From NCBI GenBank assembly GCA_051294905.1, contig CM119380.1, forward strand, positions 17,422,001 to 17,486,000: a stretch of DNA of 64,000 nucleotides, read 5' to 3'. Shown here one piece after another: positions 15,014 to 30,600 of the stretch. The notes under the pieces are model-generated. The model did no database searches. It was not told the DNA's origin and was given only the letters and a program-made list of their open reading frames with translations. Position 1 is the first letter of the stretch; every line of letters starts with the position of its first letter. A program made the translations under genes and the position numbers. The DNA comes from Botryllus schlosseri. Lineage: Eukaryota.

Positions 15014-15619
15014 AATTAACGCGCGTTTGGACGTACTCAGCGGGAAACAGTGCTCAGGTGACGCGTTGCATTACTACGACCATATTCGAAAGCCTTGCGG
15101 CGCTGTCAAATATGTAGTACACATTGCCCCGCTCAAGACAACAGATCGAAGTGCATAAAGGCTGTAGCGGAGAACACCTAGCGGTGCTGTGAAAATGTCT
15201 ATCAGACAACATACCCGCCGATGCCAGAAACCAACCGCCAATTAACTTGCAATAACCCTGCTTCGTGCCAAGCTCACCTGCACCAACAAGTACAGATAAC
15301 TTGAACACATAATCGCAATCTGTAAACGAGGCAGGGTAAGCCACATAATCTATTCCATGGCTCGAATAGCTATATCACACAGTGTCATATCATACTCAAA
15401 TTAGGAGTCCGTAAGGAATGACTCATGCTGTGAATCATAAAGGGAATCATCGAAGGCTCGAATATTTCCGATGCCGTACCGGGCTTGCTCCTCATATGTC
15501 GCGACGAGCCCGAATTTGTATCAATATAACCCCTTCATACGAAATGATTTTTTCAGATATTTTAGAATTGTATAGTATCTTGTATAAAGCGGCGACAGAG
15601 GAATTAAACGACCGCGGAT

Positions 15620-15639
15620 TAATTTCTTAAAGGACAAGC
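15620..15639 (+). promoter_or_regulatory. Splice acceptor 7 nt upstream of the ADAMTSL5 start codon
   Basis: TTAATTTCTTAAAG|GACAAGCATGG: pyrimidine tract plus AG at 15631-2, and a purine at -3 and G at +4 around the ATG. Confidence 0.5.
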
Positions 15640-18600
15640 ATGGCGCCAGTGACGGTGCTTTTCCTAGGAATAACAGTTTCGCTGACCTACATCGCCGATG
15701 CAAGTGATTATAGCCAGGTGGGTGGAGTTGTACAAGATTCTGCAAGCACGTTTCAACGGAATACGCGCTTCTGAAGTGAGCGGTTGCGTGGCAGATTGCA
15801 ATCGGCTATTCCCGAAAGTGCAATGCGACAATTCGTCTAATCGCACTTCTTTAGCTATTGAGTCGTATACCGGAAAAATAACTAGATTCAAAACAGTGAG
15901 TTTAAAATACCACGGCTTGAAAATAGCGCATGTGAATATATCGAGTGCCATAATAGCGAGCAAACCAGAACGACGAGATAGGGTTACTTAGGTTGCTATA
16001 GAGCAGAGGTCTCAAACACGCGGCCCGCCAGAGCATTTCGTGCGGCCCGCGACGACATTTCAGATTTTCATTAATTTTACAACTAATAAGTGCCGCATAT
16101 ATCTTTTAAAGTTGTAAAGGGAAAATTCCCTCTTAAACTGCTCCGATAGCCTCTAAAACTATCCATCCAACTTCACTATCCGCGGCCATGCAGTAGAGAT
16201 TTCCTATTTCGCAACATTTCCAATTCATGATGATAAACCCTGACCCGTAGACGATAGTCGTTTACAGCACTATGCTTGGACGATTCGTGACTGAAATTTT
16301 TGAGTTGGACTTTGAAGTGACTTTTATTAGAATTATTTAGACTCGGGCTGACTCGATGGCCAAATGAAAATGACCGGAGTGGACTCGGAAATCAGTGAAT
16401 TGGTTAGAACCATGGACGCAACAAAATATTCGCGTGTCATGGGATAGTAATAGATCAGAAGGTCGCAGCTTGGCATTTCGCTAACTAAGCAAGTAGTTAT
16501 GGCAACCATTGGCAATCTGTTAGTTACATCTTGTGTCGCTTAACCATGTTATTAATGCCACTTAAAGGTACCGAGTATACCGTAGTGGTACGCTCCAACG
16601 ATGTAACGATGTTGTTCGGCGTTCCGATATTTCTATAACTATGACACATTCATTAATAGATTTATATTGTTGTTTTTCTGCTCCAATATTCGAAGGTATT
16701 TGACCATGAGCTTATCAGGAGTAGGATATACCCGAATCCTGGATTGGGCTACACTGCTAAACCCCAAATGCCGTGATAGCAGATCAATCTCTATCATCAA
16801 TCTGTTAAATTCAAAATATTCATGGTCGCTGCAAAATTATAACGTGATAGCTTTTACGATAATATTATATAATTGTCCGCTCACATGGTGTCTATATCTT
16901 ATAATTAATATATATCAAATATAACAAAACTTCTATTCCAATAGTTATAAATGTGATAATTTTTCTCACGCCAGGCCTAAATTGATACAACAGTAAATCC
17001 CATTTTTATGATGAGTGTTGAATGTCAGTCTGTTGGATTGGCTCACTTTCAATACGACAATTTCATCCCGTCAAATACGGCCTAGTTTGAAAGACATGGA
17101 ATACTCCTGTTGATGCTGCGGTCCGCGGCGTCGTCAAAACTGGAAAATTGGCCCGCGAGCACATTTGAGTTTGAGACCTCTGCTATAGAGCGATAGGTCA
17201 GGTCAGCTTGTGCTAGTGTTAGATGTAAGGTTACGATTGCCTTTGTCATTGTCAATGAATCGCAATCGTGACACTAGCTATAACACTCGCTGTGTTGAAT
17301 GTCTCGGTATTGTAAGACTTGCCGAACTCTATTTAGTATAACACCAGCGACTCAATCCAGGTTGCACCCCATACGTTACAAAAATACAAAAAAATTAATG
17401 TATTGAGATAATTGTAGCACGCAGACTTACTATCGTTAACGCAAATGCTATGGCCTCTTTCTACAACAAGTATAATTCCATTGGTATTTCAAAAGACGGC
17501 CGACATATTCACAAATAACTAATTTCGATCCACCAAGAAGTCTCAAAATGCCATGATGGAGCTATAGTAAACGAAAATGCGCCCGAATTCCATAAAATAC
17601 TTGGAAAAATTGAATCGCATGGAAATTTTTTTTTGACAACAGTCAACAGTCGTGCATCATAGTCAATATCAAAAGGACTCTTGTCAAGATGCGAATTTAG
17701 CTAACTGAATCTGAAATAAATATTTACTCAGCAGCAGCTACAATACAAAGCGTAAATTGGTATCGTGTTTTGTTCAGCTGGGGTCAGGGCTCCTGTCAGC
17801 CTTATTATGATAAAACACTCGATGCGATCTTTTATAGCATGTGCGATTGATAAAAGCATACATACCTATACCGCCGGCGACGGCATGGTCAGTTAAATTT
17901 TGTGATAACTGAATAGGAACCTAAAGTCGATACAATATCATGATAATTGCGCAGATAGACTTACCAGCCTTTGATAATAGGCGAATGGTGTTCTCATGTA
18001 AGTATAGTCCAATACGGTGAATTCAAGCGATCACCTTACTGCGAACTGGTGAGTGGTGACACCTTGTCTCAGCCAGCTACCTTGTGTACCATTGCGTTGA
18101 TTTTAAACTTTATCGAAGCTCTAGACATCGCTGTTTGCGGTATACTTCAAACCGCTATTTCTTTTGATTTCTAAACTAACTAAACCAAGTAGATTCGAGC
18201 GGACAATTTATATTGTTCACATAAAATTTGTTTGGGCATTAGTGTCGCCTTCGCAAGCCTTAGCATCGTATTCGCAAGAGACTTGGTCAAGGATAAGGGT
18301 ACACGCCACACATTTGTAGTTTAGTAATATAATTTGTAATATGATTTTGTAATTGCAATTTGCCATTTGAAATTACAATTAATTTGTTATTTATGCTTTG
18401 ATTGGTAAGTCTTTCCTAATATCTCCAGTCTCGGCGAAGCAATATAATAAGTAGGCAGTGCAAATTACTAAAAAGGCTAAATTGGTTCCAGCTGGGAAAG
18501 ATGCATTCAACTATCCGACTACTTTCCGTCACAACACAACACACACCATAATCTTGAGTTAAAAATCCCAAATTCCGCGGAGCATTATTGGGTTATGTAT

Positions 18601-21600
18601 ACTTTGATTATCAGCGGACTTACGCATATATGTGGTAGTCATTCTGCAAAATATTTCTTCCGTGTTTAGGCACCGTTACTATCGACCAAGTGAATTAAGC
18701 CACTCTAATAAGCCTGAAATTTCGCTTTGACGGGGGTAAATAAGGCCTATAATTGATGCAACTATTCAAAGCATCAGGGATTTCTTGTTCCGCCAAGAAA
18801 GGGATTAAATAGGGATTTCAATCCTACCAAAATTGAGCATAATTGAATACTACTGCATTTTACTTGCGCTGCACAAGTGCACATGCTTTTAATGTATTAG
18901 CTGTTCGTGATACAGTACATTAGAGGTGCAGTAAACAGTGTATTCATTCAATTGATTGAGTGAATTCGACATATTCGACATATGACAATTTTCGCGTGCC
19001 TTTTGCAAGAATTATCGGCATATGAAAGGAATTCAAACCAAATTTCATTCTTTTGCAGTTAATGCGATAATCCTGCTAAGTTTACTTGTCTATGATATTT
19101 TTGTGTGAGCCACATTCAACGTATTGAATCTTGACAAATGGCTTAGATCAGGGGCAGGCAACTTCTCCAGTCTGCGGGCCGGATTTCGGAAAATTAAGTA
19201 CTTGGCGGGCCGGATTGCGGAATCGATACATTATTCGCCCATTTATCCACATATACAAGGGATAAATCGTATTTATTGAATGTATTTTAACGACAGCAAT
19301 GTCACTTCAAAGCCATTTCTCGCCGATAATGGCCAAGACACTGTGGATTTGAAAACAGCATTGTCATAGAAGCGCGGCTTATCTCTCTGATCAATTAACA
19401 CGCGGTGCAATCCTTAATTCGGATTTCAAGGCGTTCGATAAGCCCGGCACTCCAAATTCACCAAGATATCAATTCATTAGGATTGAATACATCGTAAATG
19501 CCGATAATGCAAGTCTTCACGCTTCGACGAACTTACGCGTAAGCCCGGAGGGGGCCCGGGCGAGACTTCCCGGAGCCCCCCCTATGAGTATGTAATCGAA
19601 ACGTCTGGGTGACTAACCCCCCAGACCCCCTTTCGGCTTTGAGCCATAGGCTTAAATGTGGACTTGCTCTAGCTTCAGAGCCTTCTTTTATCATACATTG
19701 TCAAATTATAAAAGATGGGACCCAGTTAACTGTAGCTCATGCCCTCATGTTGAAGATGACATGTAGCGAGAAATAATAGAATAGCGATACAACTGCTGCA
19801 GGCTAAATAGACCACAGTAATCTGGAAAGCTATCGGCTGATATTAGTAAAAAGCCCCGTCAAGGTTTGAGCCAGGCGCTGGATTAGGCCATATCTATTAT
19901 TGCAGGTGTGCAGTGTGCAACTGTGCATGGATAGACTACATCAAAACTAAGTATCTCTACCACATCCAGAGACGTGATAATTATCGGGATATGGCACTTT
20001 TCTAACAAATACAGAGATTTGATAATGATTGACCCATCTTTACGGAATCATCTTCTTGATTGGTATACAGATTTACACGTCTATTCCCTATAATCCGTGA
20101 AAAAGGCACTTGGACCAAATAGAGGGACCCTTATATATTAACATACCGTCACTAAAATTTGACGTAGTAAGCAAGGAGTGGGGAATATCGGCAGACTGGG
20201 GCCGCGGGCCACATTATCATGTAGGACGGGAAACTGTCCGCGGGCCGGATAGCCCCTGGCTTAGATTTAAACCCTTAGGATATCGATGTAGCAACCGGAT
20301 TATTCAACCTCGCGCCTTGCGGTCACATGCGCACTGCACCATTAATGAAATTGTCTGCAAAAGATCAGCATCGTTTGATTGCTTGATAGCCTCCTATTCG
20401 ATCTGCCGGAATATAAAGCTACCTATTCAATGTTTAGTGTTTATATCTCACAATATCAATTTTCTCCTTAGCTAAACGGATTTCCATGGGACACTCAATT
20501 TATTTGGTTTCCGTACATCAGGAACGCTATGTAGTCACGAATTAGCGACGCTTGGAATCTCAACAATCAATTAACCGCTTCAATTACACGGATTTTTGAG
20601 AGCTTGTCGTTGTAATAACTGTGTAATGATCCCCTTTCGCTCATTAAACTAAACAAACTACGGGGTTGGACACAGAAGGCGTCAATTTTAAAGTAAACTT
20701 GGTTTCATGCGATTGCATAGATGCACAACGGGTCAAGCGGGTAAATTGATAGTAATTTATGCCCGCGAGAATCGCTTCCGAAACCTGGCTCTATTTACAC
20801 ATGATGGTTGGTATGTGTCTGCGGTATCCTCTGTGACCAAACAAAGCATTTCCGATACGACAGCTATTAGGACATTGCAAATTACAGATTGCATGCCGGC
20901 GTCACACACTCGTGCGAAAGAAAATGAATGAAAATTTCCTTCGGCGGACATTTTACAATATCATGTATATCAAGAGACAAAATATATGCAGACTATATAC
21001 ATGTAATACAGGGTTTGACAGCGGCGTAATGTCGTGCAGTTGATATGTCGTTGCCTAGTTTGCACTTCTTGCTAACTAAACGTGTTGCAATTATACATTC
21101 CGACCCTCTCAATCTAAATAGACATTTTTTTACCGTAATTTATAACGGAGACTTAGTTATCGGCTGCCGGCATGCTATAATTTGCTAAAATCAGATTTAA
21201 TAAGCCGAAATGATACTACTTTTGGTTTCATTTTCAAAAAACGCTTCACGCTTCTGATTTTTTAATGTGAAATAGCAATCCTAATTTTTGTTTTGACTAA
21301 AGATAGTAACCAGATACAGAGAAATGGATGTCATCTGTAATTCCCTTTTCTTTCGACATAAGCTGGGTAAAACAGGCCATTTCCGACGCGTCAAAAATGA
21401 AATCATAATTGAACAGTGTAACACGCAAATCCACGAGTAAATCAAGCCTATGATGATTTTTTTTCCTTCGCGATTTGTTGTTTTCCTCTCAATATTGCTC
21501 GATGGTTTATAAATCGTAGCACGATTTCTCAGCATATCCTTGTTCGCTTAATCCCAATCCATGGTTAACACTATAATCGGTTTCCATTTGTCGCTTATAG

Positions 21601-24600
21601 GAGCGAGAGGGGAGGTTCAATTCTCCGCCGTCAAAGCAAAGGTCTCGTGATATTATAGCCATACCTCCAAGATTCCTGACATCACAAACCCAAGATCGTC
21701 GTCTTCCTGAGATATCATTACCGCACGAAGGTATGTTTAGTGTTTACGGGACGTCGCCAAGCTGTAAAGAAAAATCTTGCATTTCGCTTATTTCCGCCAT
21801 TGCGTAGGGTGCAAATCCGGCAAATGACAGTTCTTCCGCACCAAAGTTTCCTTTCACGCCCATTCCAATGAGTGAAAACAAATCAAATACCTCGATCCAT
21901 GTGGAGATATATCCCAGGGGCGGAGTGTGTTCTGTTTTCGTATAAGTTCACATATTCTCTAGTCTCTACCCATGCGTTTACGCTACATAACTCTGCTCGA
22001 GTGTTCCGCAACGCGATAAAAATGTTTTCAGACGACCTGCTCTATCAACACGATATTTTTTATAACCATGGCGGCGAAAATCACGGCCGGACACGGGCCG
22101 ATCTTCGCTGGGGCTCGTGGTCGAGCTGGTCTCTGTGCTCGCGGTCGTGCGGAGGCGGAGTTGCGAAGCGGTACCGAAGGTGTACCAGAAGGTGCGTTTT
22201 TCAATCGAGATGACTTTATAGTTATGCTAGCAGTGTTATTCGCTGTAGAGTCGGCAACCACATGTTATACGGCTATATACTCGTTGCCAATAGCCCACGT
22301 CAGATTAGGCTGTCTTTTCCTTATTAACATGAATATTATATGTATATATTTATATATATGATGCGAGAACACGGCTCATAGTACCATCACACACAATTTT
22401 TATGAAGCCGCAACCATGCGAAACCCTATACTGACTGCAAAAAAACATAGCTGCGCAGTGCGCATCCCCGCATAGGGTTGCATTTAAAACAAACGGTGTT
22501 TCAAAACACTTTGGTTATCGACTTTACGACGTATATCGATATGGGATGATTGGAACCCACAAAATAGTCGGTTCAACAGCCATAGTACATATCTTTCGTC
22601 AAAGGAGCTATATTTACCCTATATTTCCAATTGTCAAGGCCAATCCATTATGGCGTCACAATTCAATATTCGAGTCGTCATTGCTAAAAAAAATTATAAA
22701 AAGATGTTTTAAATTAGAACCTTGTTTTAAACATGTTTGTTTTTAATTGATTTTTGTTTTAAATGCAACCTATATCTGCGCAAGTGCACATTATAGCCAC
22801 CGGCGTAGCCAGAGCGTTGAAAGAAGCTTTTCCCCATTCGAAATTGGACATTGTGAAGTCATTACACATGGGTGCCGTAGCGTTAACTCATTGTTGAAAA
22901 AATTTCGCACGATTGAAATGTCCACGCTGCTTACGCATATGCACTTGTTCCATCACGCAGATACCCATTACCCACCCGTATCAGTTACATGAACGGATGC
23001 TACACATGAACCGGGCCTGACTGTAATGTTCTAGTCATAATCCACTGATTACTATAACGTTTGAGTCGCGAAGGCCGAAGGTCATAAACTTGGGTCGCGG
23101 TCGCACCAAAACGAACGCTCGATGCATACGAACTATTTGTTTATTGCAAGAATAGAAATTGCGAAAAGATTTACTCTAGAAAGTTCTATGCGACCCTAGG
23201 GTGAAGGGCGGGCAGGGGAGGGAGAGAGAGAGAGAGAGAGAGAGTTGATGTTCGACTTGCTCGTGTAGTTAAACCAGCGACATAACTGTTGTCACGTTTA
23301 GCATCCGGCTGTCGTAGAAATGTATTGATTTCGATGACTTTAACCGCGAGATGTTGATAAAACTCAGATTTGAGTCGCGCACTAAATCGTATCCATCACC
23401 CACGAAATTTGTATCTTGGCTACACCAATGGTGGCAGTGTTCTTTGTCGCCACAAACTAATCACGGTAAGAGGTGTAGTGTGCCACATTTACAAGGCTTT
23501 TAAATATTCACATGATCATGACGATGTGTAAATTATTTAGTCAGATTTCATTTTTTAGAGACCCAACAACATGCGTCGGCAGTCCGGTTGCTTTCATACT
23601 ATGTAACACGCTGGTAAGACGTCGCCATGAAATAAGTATGCACGCGCAACGTATTGTCATGAACTTTAAATCTGCAGAACTGTCCGGAAGGAGCGCCCAC
23701 GTTTCGCGAGGAGCAATGCACCGAGCACAGCAAACGTATCATGACCGGAAAACTCGCGACATACTCGTGGTACCCTTATTCAAGTGAGTATATATATTTG
23801 ACCGATGTATGCATACCGGATATGTACATTCCATAATGTATATTGTACATCCTATATAGAATGGAGTCCGTATTAGTGCATCCCATTATAGAATTGTACG
23901 GTGGCTATTTCTTGGCTTTGGTACAGAGTCTTATATCCTCATCAGTCTGCGTAAGGGCGGGACTCCAAGTACCAGTTTATTCAAATTGCCTTCCTTCCGG
24001 TCTGTGTTTGGACGTGAGAATATTTGACGAGATTCATATCCAGTAATAGATTGGATTTAGGAAATCGGACTGGACCCGCATATGTTATTAGTGGATACTT
24101 CGAACTCATGCCAAAGTTTTGTTTGCCAACGGCCAAATCAATGACCATAGGCCTTCTTTTATTCATTTCTAGTTATCTTCCATTGTGGTATGTCGTTTTC
24201 TACAGCTGCATTTCTCGTATTCGCGTCAGGTAATCCTTGGTTAGTTAGTTCATATATTTATATGTTCAGCTATATTAGTATTGGGCGCAAAAACCTCTGC
24301 TAGTACTATGCTCCTGGCCTTGGTTGCTCGGTATTTATAGGGCTGAGACACCGACCGAATCCACCGTCCTAACCATGTTTATCCGCTCACATTTCACTCA
24401 ACTGCATTTTTAAAATGCAATCTATTGATTTGCACGATTAACAAATGAAAGCTTTCTCTTCCACTGTCTCTATTAATTTTGTCTATGATTTGATACAACA
24501 CAGAATACATACAGTACACCTGCCATGTAACTCGCGCGCATTTTCGTAAATCATTCAATTGTATCGAAGGTGGCTTTGCCTCCGCATTCTATAGCAATCC

Positions 24601-27600
24601 GAATACCCCATGTGCATTGCAATTTTACGACCGTCAGAGTGAATGTTGCCTTCAAAGCATTTTTGTCTTAGTTCTTGCGGGTGGATGGAGTCTTGTTTTG
24701 TAAATAGACTTTGGCTCTTCGCTTCCGTGCGCTGCTTAGGACGGTGTTGCTAACCGTCGTTTTCATCAGTAGCAGCATTACGCATGGACGTTAATAGTTT
24801 TCACGCGTTGATGTGTCGTTAATCATCAAACAACATGAAGGTAATCTGAGGATCATAAAACATATCCTGACTAGATACACGTGATCGATTGCATTAAACT
24901 TCGATAACCCCGAAGCAAATATTTGCAGTAGGCTATGGGCTGTAACGCATTTAGAACCTGAATATAATCACTACAGCAAGTTTTTGCAACTTTTTTTTCA
25001 CAGCTTCCGACAGCTTCCTAGATACTTAGAAACTATGTAGGCCTACTATGATGTTTTAACCTGTTTGGAGAGATTTTATAGTGCAACTTCTTTCAACTTT
25101 TCTCTATTTGTCATACCAATTTTACTGCAACTTTTAACAAATAATGTGTCAAAGTGTGAAGCATTGATTTAAAAACATGCTATAACCAATTTCTAGTACG
25201 GTTCTATTTTATTTGCATAACAAAGAGCTATATTATCCCCGTATTGCGTAATTTTCTTGCTGTGTATTGGGAAAATATATACTATTTGGTGGTCTCGCCA
25301 AAATGGCCGTGGAATGGCAAAGTAACAAATTTGACAGCTCTGCAGGAACTAGGCTACACAACGGAACCTTTCGAGTATCGCATACCCTTCTAATTCAACA
25401 AAAATTATAAATGCAACTTTTGTCAAAATCAAGTGCAACTTTCTCTCGATTTTAGTGCAACAAAAACTTGCCCTAATAATCACCGTAATAATTTGTCTCT
25501 TTCCAAAGCTAAAATGTATAGCCTACCGACCAGCACCGGTGTCCGTTGGTGACGTTTGCTCCGAAGTTGTTTCGTGTGGTATATGATTGTTGTTAAAGTG
25601 AATAATAGTGATCATCGGCTTGTCATTGCGCTTCAGTTTTCGATTTTCAGTATAGGACAATCTTTCACCGAATAAACATCACTTTATTGATTATAGAACA
25701 TAGATCTATGATATCTAATGATCATAAAAGATATAAATTCAAGGTAACTTCGTAAGATCACAAAGTCACCAAAATTAACTGCCGCAGCGCGCAACACCAA
25801 ATCTGTAACTCCGACCCAGATTTTATAGCGCTTGATCCCCCACAATATACGAAAATTTGAGGGTGATGTGAAAGAGACGGACTATATATAAAGGTTCTTA
25901 ACGGTAAAAGGTGGCTCTAGCTACGCATGTTGAAGAGATAGTATACAGAACTTCCCAGTAAATCCATGCATCATGATCGGCGAAACCGCGGTTACAGGGG
26001 AGATTAGCGAAAAAATTGCAAGCCAAGCAGTCAAATATATTTGAAGCGCTATTTGCAATCGGCTATTTGCGGGATTCGGTCACGTGATTGGTTGCGCATA
26101 GCAACGATTGCCTCGCTAGAAAGCTATTCTTTTCAGCATCTGCGCTCATGCATGGGTATTGGGTAGCCTATAACTATGGAAATTAAACATGGAACGGCAA
26201 CGACCGATTTTGCAGCTTCGTTCCGCTTCGCCGAGGCTGGAGTGGAGAATTGTTTTGCGTAAGCGACTGTAGGATTTCTGGCAATCCAAAAGCTATCTTC
26301 CCGAGCGCAGAAATTATTGAATCTGGTCTTGATCGAAAGCTACTGTTGCACCGATTCCGAAAATATAAATTAAAATAATGATCAGGCACTGATCCACCTA
26401 GAATCCGTCCTCCAAGTCTTAAATATCGGCATTGTTCAAACAATCGGAGAGTCGCAACGGGTCATTGTTATGACCATTGTGTTGCGGTTACCCGACTGTT
26501 CTGAACAATGCCGATATTTCAGACTCGGAGGACAGATTCTCGGTGGATCAGTGCCTGATCATTATTTTAATTTATATTTTCGGAATCGGTGCAACAGTAG
26601 CTTTCGATCAAGACCAAATTCAGTAATTTCTGCGCTCGGGAAGATAGATTTTGGATTGCCAGAAATCCTACAGTCGCTTACGTAAAACAATTCTTCACTC
26701 CAGCCTCGGCGAGGCGGAACGAAGCTGCAAAATCAGTCGTTGCCGTTCCATGTCAAATTTCTATACTATAACATCAGGTGTCGTTTTAGATCTTTGTTTC
26801 GGGGTTGTAAACAGTAAGCGTATACAATTCTGCGGCGACAGTAATATGAGGCTTGTCTATGTCCGATGAGTCTGTTCCGTAAGTGTTTGATAGACTTTCC
26901 AAAACATGCAAAATTACTTGGTGTGGTACAGTCGTATTGCCACACCTATCTTTTCCATTGCCAATGCCGATAAGATTATAATAGTACCGTGCGTTACCAC
27001 ATTTCCGCGGCCTTTCAAATGTTTTGATGCATTTTTTCAAACAGTCAAATGCGGATGAGAATATTATATCGAACAAATTGCGCATACCGGGTCGCATATA
27101 CAACCATAATCGGCAACTCAATCACAAACTAAACAGCCGCGCAAAGCGCTTCGTGACTAACCGCTCGCCGCTATGTATTAGGCGCGATTTTTGCCTATAG
27201 TTATCAGCCACGGGATAAAACCTCTACCTGCCGCATGCAAGGATGACAGATTCGGTATCTGAGGCTGTCATTAATATGGAATTGTGTTTCGCAGATGACG
27301 GGGTCCACACTTGTCTGATATATTGCACTGCGGAACAAGTTCGATTTGTGCAATTCCACGGAGTCGCTGTTGATGGCACGAGGTGCGGCGAAGAGGGGAA
27401 GGACGTTTGTATAGAGGGAAATTGCGTGGTACGTTTCTGTATGAGATGCATAGGTGTAAGCATAGGATGAAAATCTGGTGGGGCAAACAATATTTAACAA
27501 TTGTGCCGTAGTAGGTACTGGGTACATATTACGCGACAATGAACAAGTATAGAAATCTCGAGGGGGCCGAGGGAGGGGTGTTTCCCCCTTTCTTTGCTAC

Positions 27601-30600
27601 GCCAGTGGGTGGTTGCCTGTGTAATAGGTACAGGGCGGTCTGTAGCGAAGTATTTCTACTTTCAGGAATGATCAAGTAGGCTTTGTTCATTTGTTCGAAT
27701 TACTTAAGTGGTTATGCTATTGGACTGCTTCCATTTTTACTGCAACACGTTATGGAGCGTTACTACAAACTTTCTCGCCTACGATTTTACTATGTTGAAA
27801 TTAGTGTATTGATATTTTAACAAGAGGGTTGTGTATAACAGTAACACAGTATACTTTCAAATACCCCAGTGCCCACCCATTTGTGGGGGCAATTTTCATT
27901 TGGCGATGCTCACGAAAATTACTACTTGATGCTGCGAAAACAGTCGCTGGCAATTGGCTCACAATACTTCGAAACGCCTCGACCATATCTACTCGTTCGA
28001 ACTACTTGGCCTACGTGAAAAAGTCTCAACAATTTCATTTTCTATAGGCCTACCTCAAATTCAAGTAGTTTTCGCTAGTCTTGAAAGTCGCAACTTCTCT
28101 CCTAAATTTTAAAAGAAATCGACGGAATTACTTCTATCTATGGTAGTGTGGGCTTAGCGTATTTCAAAATCGAAATGAATTGGTTAACTTATTTTTCACT
28201 GTCTTAAAGTATAATTGCTGCATTGCAATGCTCCACAACCCGCTTCACTATTCGATTTCAATTGCATGCACTAATTTCACTAAGCGAGATGCCTAACATA
28301 CGTTTTATGGCAATTATATACTATCTGTAAGTGGTCAGGGGCCATAAGTTGCAATTCGCAAGCGACTGGCCAAATCGTGGCCTGAATATAAAGTCCTGAT
28401 AATTTGCGGTGCTACCGGTTACCATACATATCTGCCAAACACCGTAATGACCGTATATGATTCTGCATCCTCGATCCAACTTGTAACTGAAAACGGTAAA
28501 CATTGTATTAATTACACAGTTTCGTTGTACAAGCCGAATATGAAGTAGCATTGATCAACACTACAGTTAGCGTAACACTGGAAAAGGACCCACCCATGAC
28601 ATGAGCCTTATGTTTTTCATCGCGTCCGTATAAGCTCGCATACAGATTCGTATAATTCCCATGGTTTGTTTTCATTGTCGTGGTATTTTAGGCACGAATT
28701 GATATTTAAAACTCAAAATTGGACAATTAACGCAGGCGGAACGAGGGTTCCCGTAACATGGTTGTGTGTGGTGACACAGAGTATTAGGCTACCTAACAGT
28801 TTACAAAGTGGTTACGGTGGTGCCGGTAATGACGAACTTCGCTATTCTCATTCCTAAACTACAAATTAGTCACTGACGCCAGTGGTGTAGCCGTATATCC
28901 ATGAATACCAACCAATTACAAGAATTGAAATGCGCCATTAGTCGATATTTAGAATTCTTTATCCAGTGAAACGCCACGATGGCGCTTGGACAAGTATACA
29001 GAGTACCGCGCGTACCAGGACGAGATTAGAGCATTCATTAGTAATCTCCTGTGATTGTTTGTTACATGCGCAAACCTTGTCATTCATTCAAAACAGACTC
29101 GTTGTAGTTAATCTCATAATTGATGTATGGCCCATGGAAATACGCGGGCCGCAGGTACGCAAACAGGCGCGCAAAGAATAACAAGAGCTCATGGCTGTTG
29201 AACGAATTTCAGACAACGAAGCTATCAATACGCAGATGGGATTTTTAATGTGACGTTGTATCGTTATTGTAGGAAGTCGGCTGTGACATGGAGATCGGTT
29301 CACAAACAATCGAAGATGCGTGCGGAGTTTGCGGCGGAGACAACTCTACCTGCTCCTATCACAGCGATATCTATGATTACATACCGGAGGTTGTAGGTAA
29401 AAGCCAATATTCATCTCATTTTAAAAGTAGATAACACTGTGCACCATAATTCAGAGTACTTTAACTACAACGCAATTGCCCGGATTCCCGCTGGTGCCTC
29501 CCACATCTTCGTAAGGGACTATAGCGACAACTATTTAGGTAAGACTTCACCGTCGCGTGAACATTTCGAAGCACCCAGCTCGTTGTATACATACCTGTGT
29601 ATATTTGCGTGGTTTTGACTTTTATATAAAACCGCCCATGCTGTCAGCACGCAAATGCGGTCGCTGTAATATAGTGTGGTTGTAAAAGAATACGAGCTAC
29701 TATCAACGGACACGGTGTTAATTAGCGATAGTTGGGAAGTATATGTTTAGTGTTGAGCCATTTTCGAATAATGTCTATATTAATGATATTGCTGATTAAA
29801 TTATCTAGGATGAACTGCTCTGACTCAAAGTCAGTATCCTACTTACAATATGTAGCTCTTCAATAAGCCACGTGACGTGATACCTTGAAAGTTATGACAA
29901 TTATTATCAAGCACATTGCGCAACTGTATCTACTCCAACTTCAAAGCTTATTGTTTTAATCATTCTTATCGTCAAACAGCACTAATGGAGGCGGACGATC
30001 ACTTTGAACAGTATATAGTGAATGGAAATAAAATTCTTAGCTGGCCGGGAAAATACGAAACCGCCGGAACTACGGTGTCGTACGATAGAATTATCAACGA
30101 CACAATCGAGACATTTCAAATCAAGGGCCCGACAACGAAAGATCTTTACATAATGGTAAGTTATCTTGTGCGGTACATAATGTTCGGTTGCAAAGTCCCA
30201 GAGATATAGTTAAAGTTAAAGTTATCTTCTCTCAATATGCAAAAGGGGCTTGAATCGCGCCGAATATTTAATCAACTGGAATGGGGATAATATGGCAAAC
30301 GTACGCATTCCCGAACAAAAATTCCAGAACGAAAATGACCATTGTAGGATTATCCTCAATCAGACAGTGGTGGTAGGATCATTGTGTGAAATATCATGTC
30401 GTCCAAACTGCGATTCTGGGAGAAGGAATGTAATCACTTAAGAAAATCGCTAACAAAACATTACAGAGCACCTTGGTGAAGGAAAGCAATAAAGCCGAAG
30501 TCAACAACGGTAACGTGGTTACTCCTTATAGGCATACGATAAAACTACACCGGTATTTGCGAGTGCGTACGATGCTACGGTGTTCAAAATAGCGTGCACG

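Noticed and set aside
26183-26685. Two near-identical ORFs on opposite strands suggesting a gene pair
   Set aside because: They are simply the two arms of the palindromic element.
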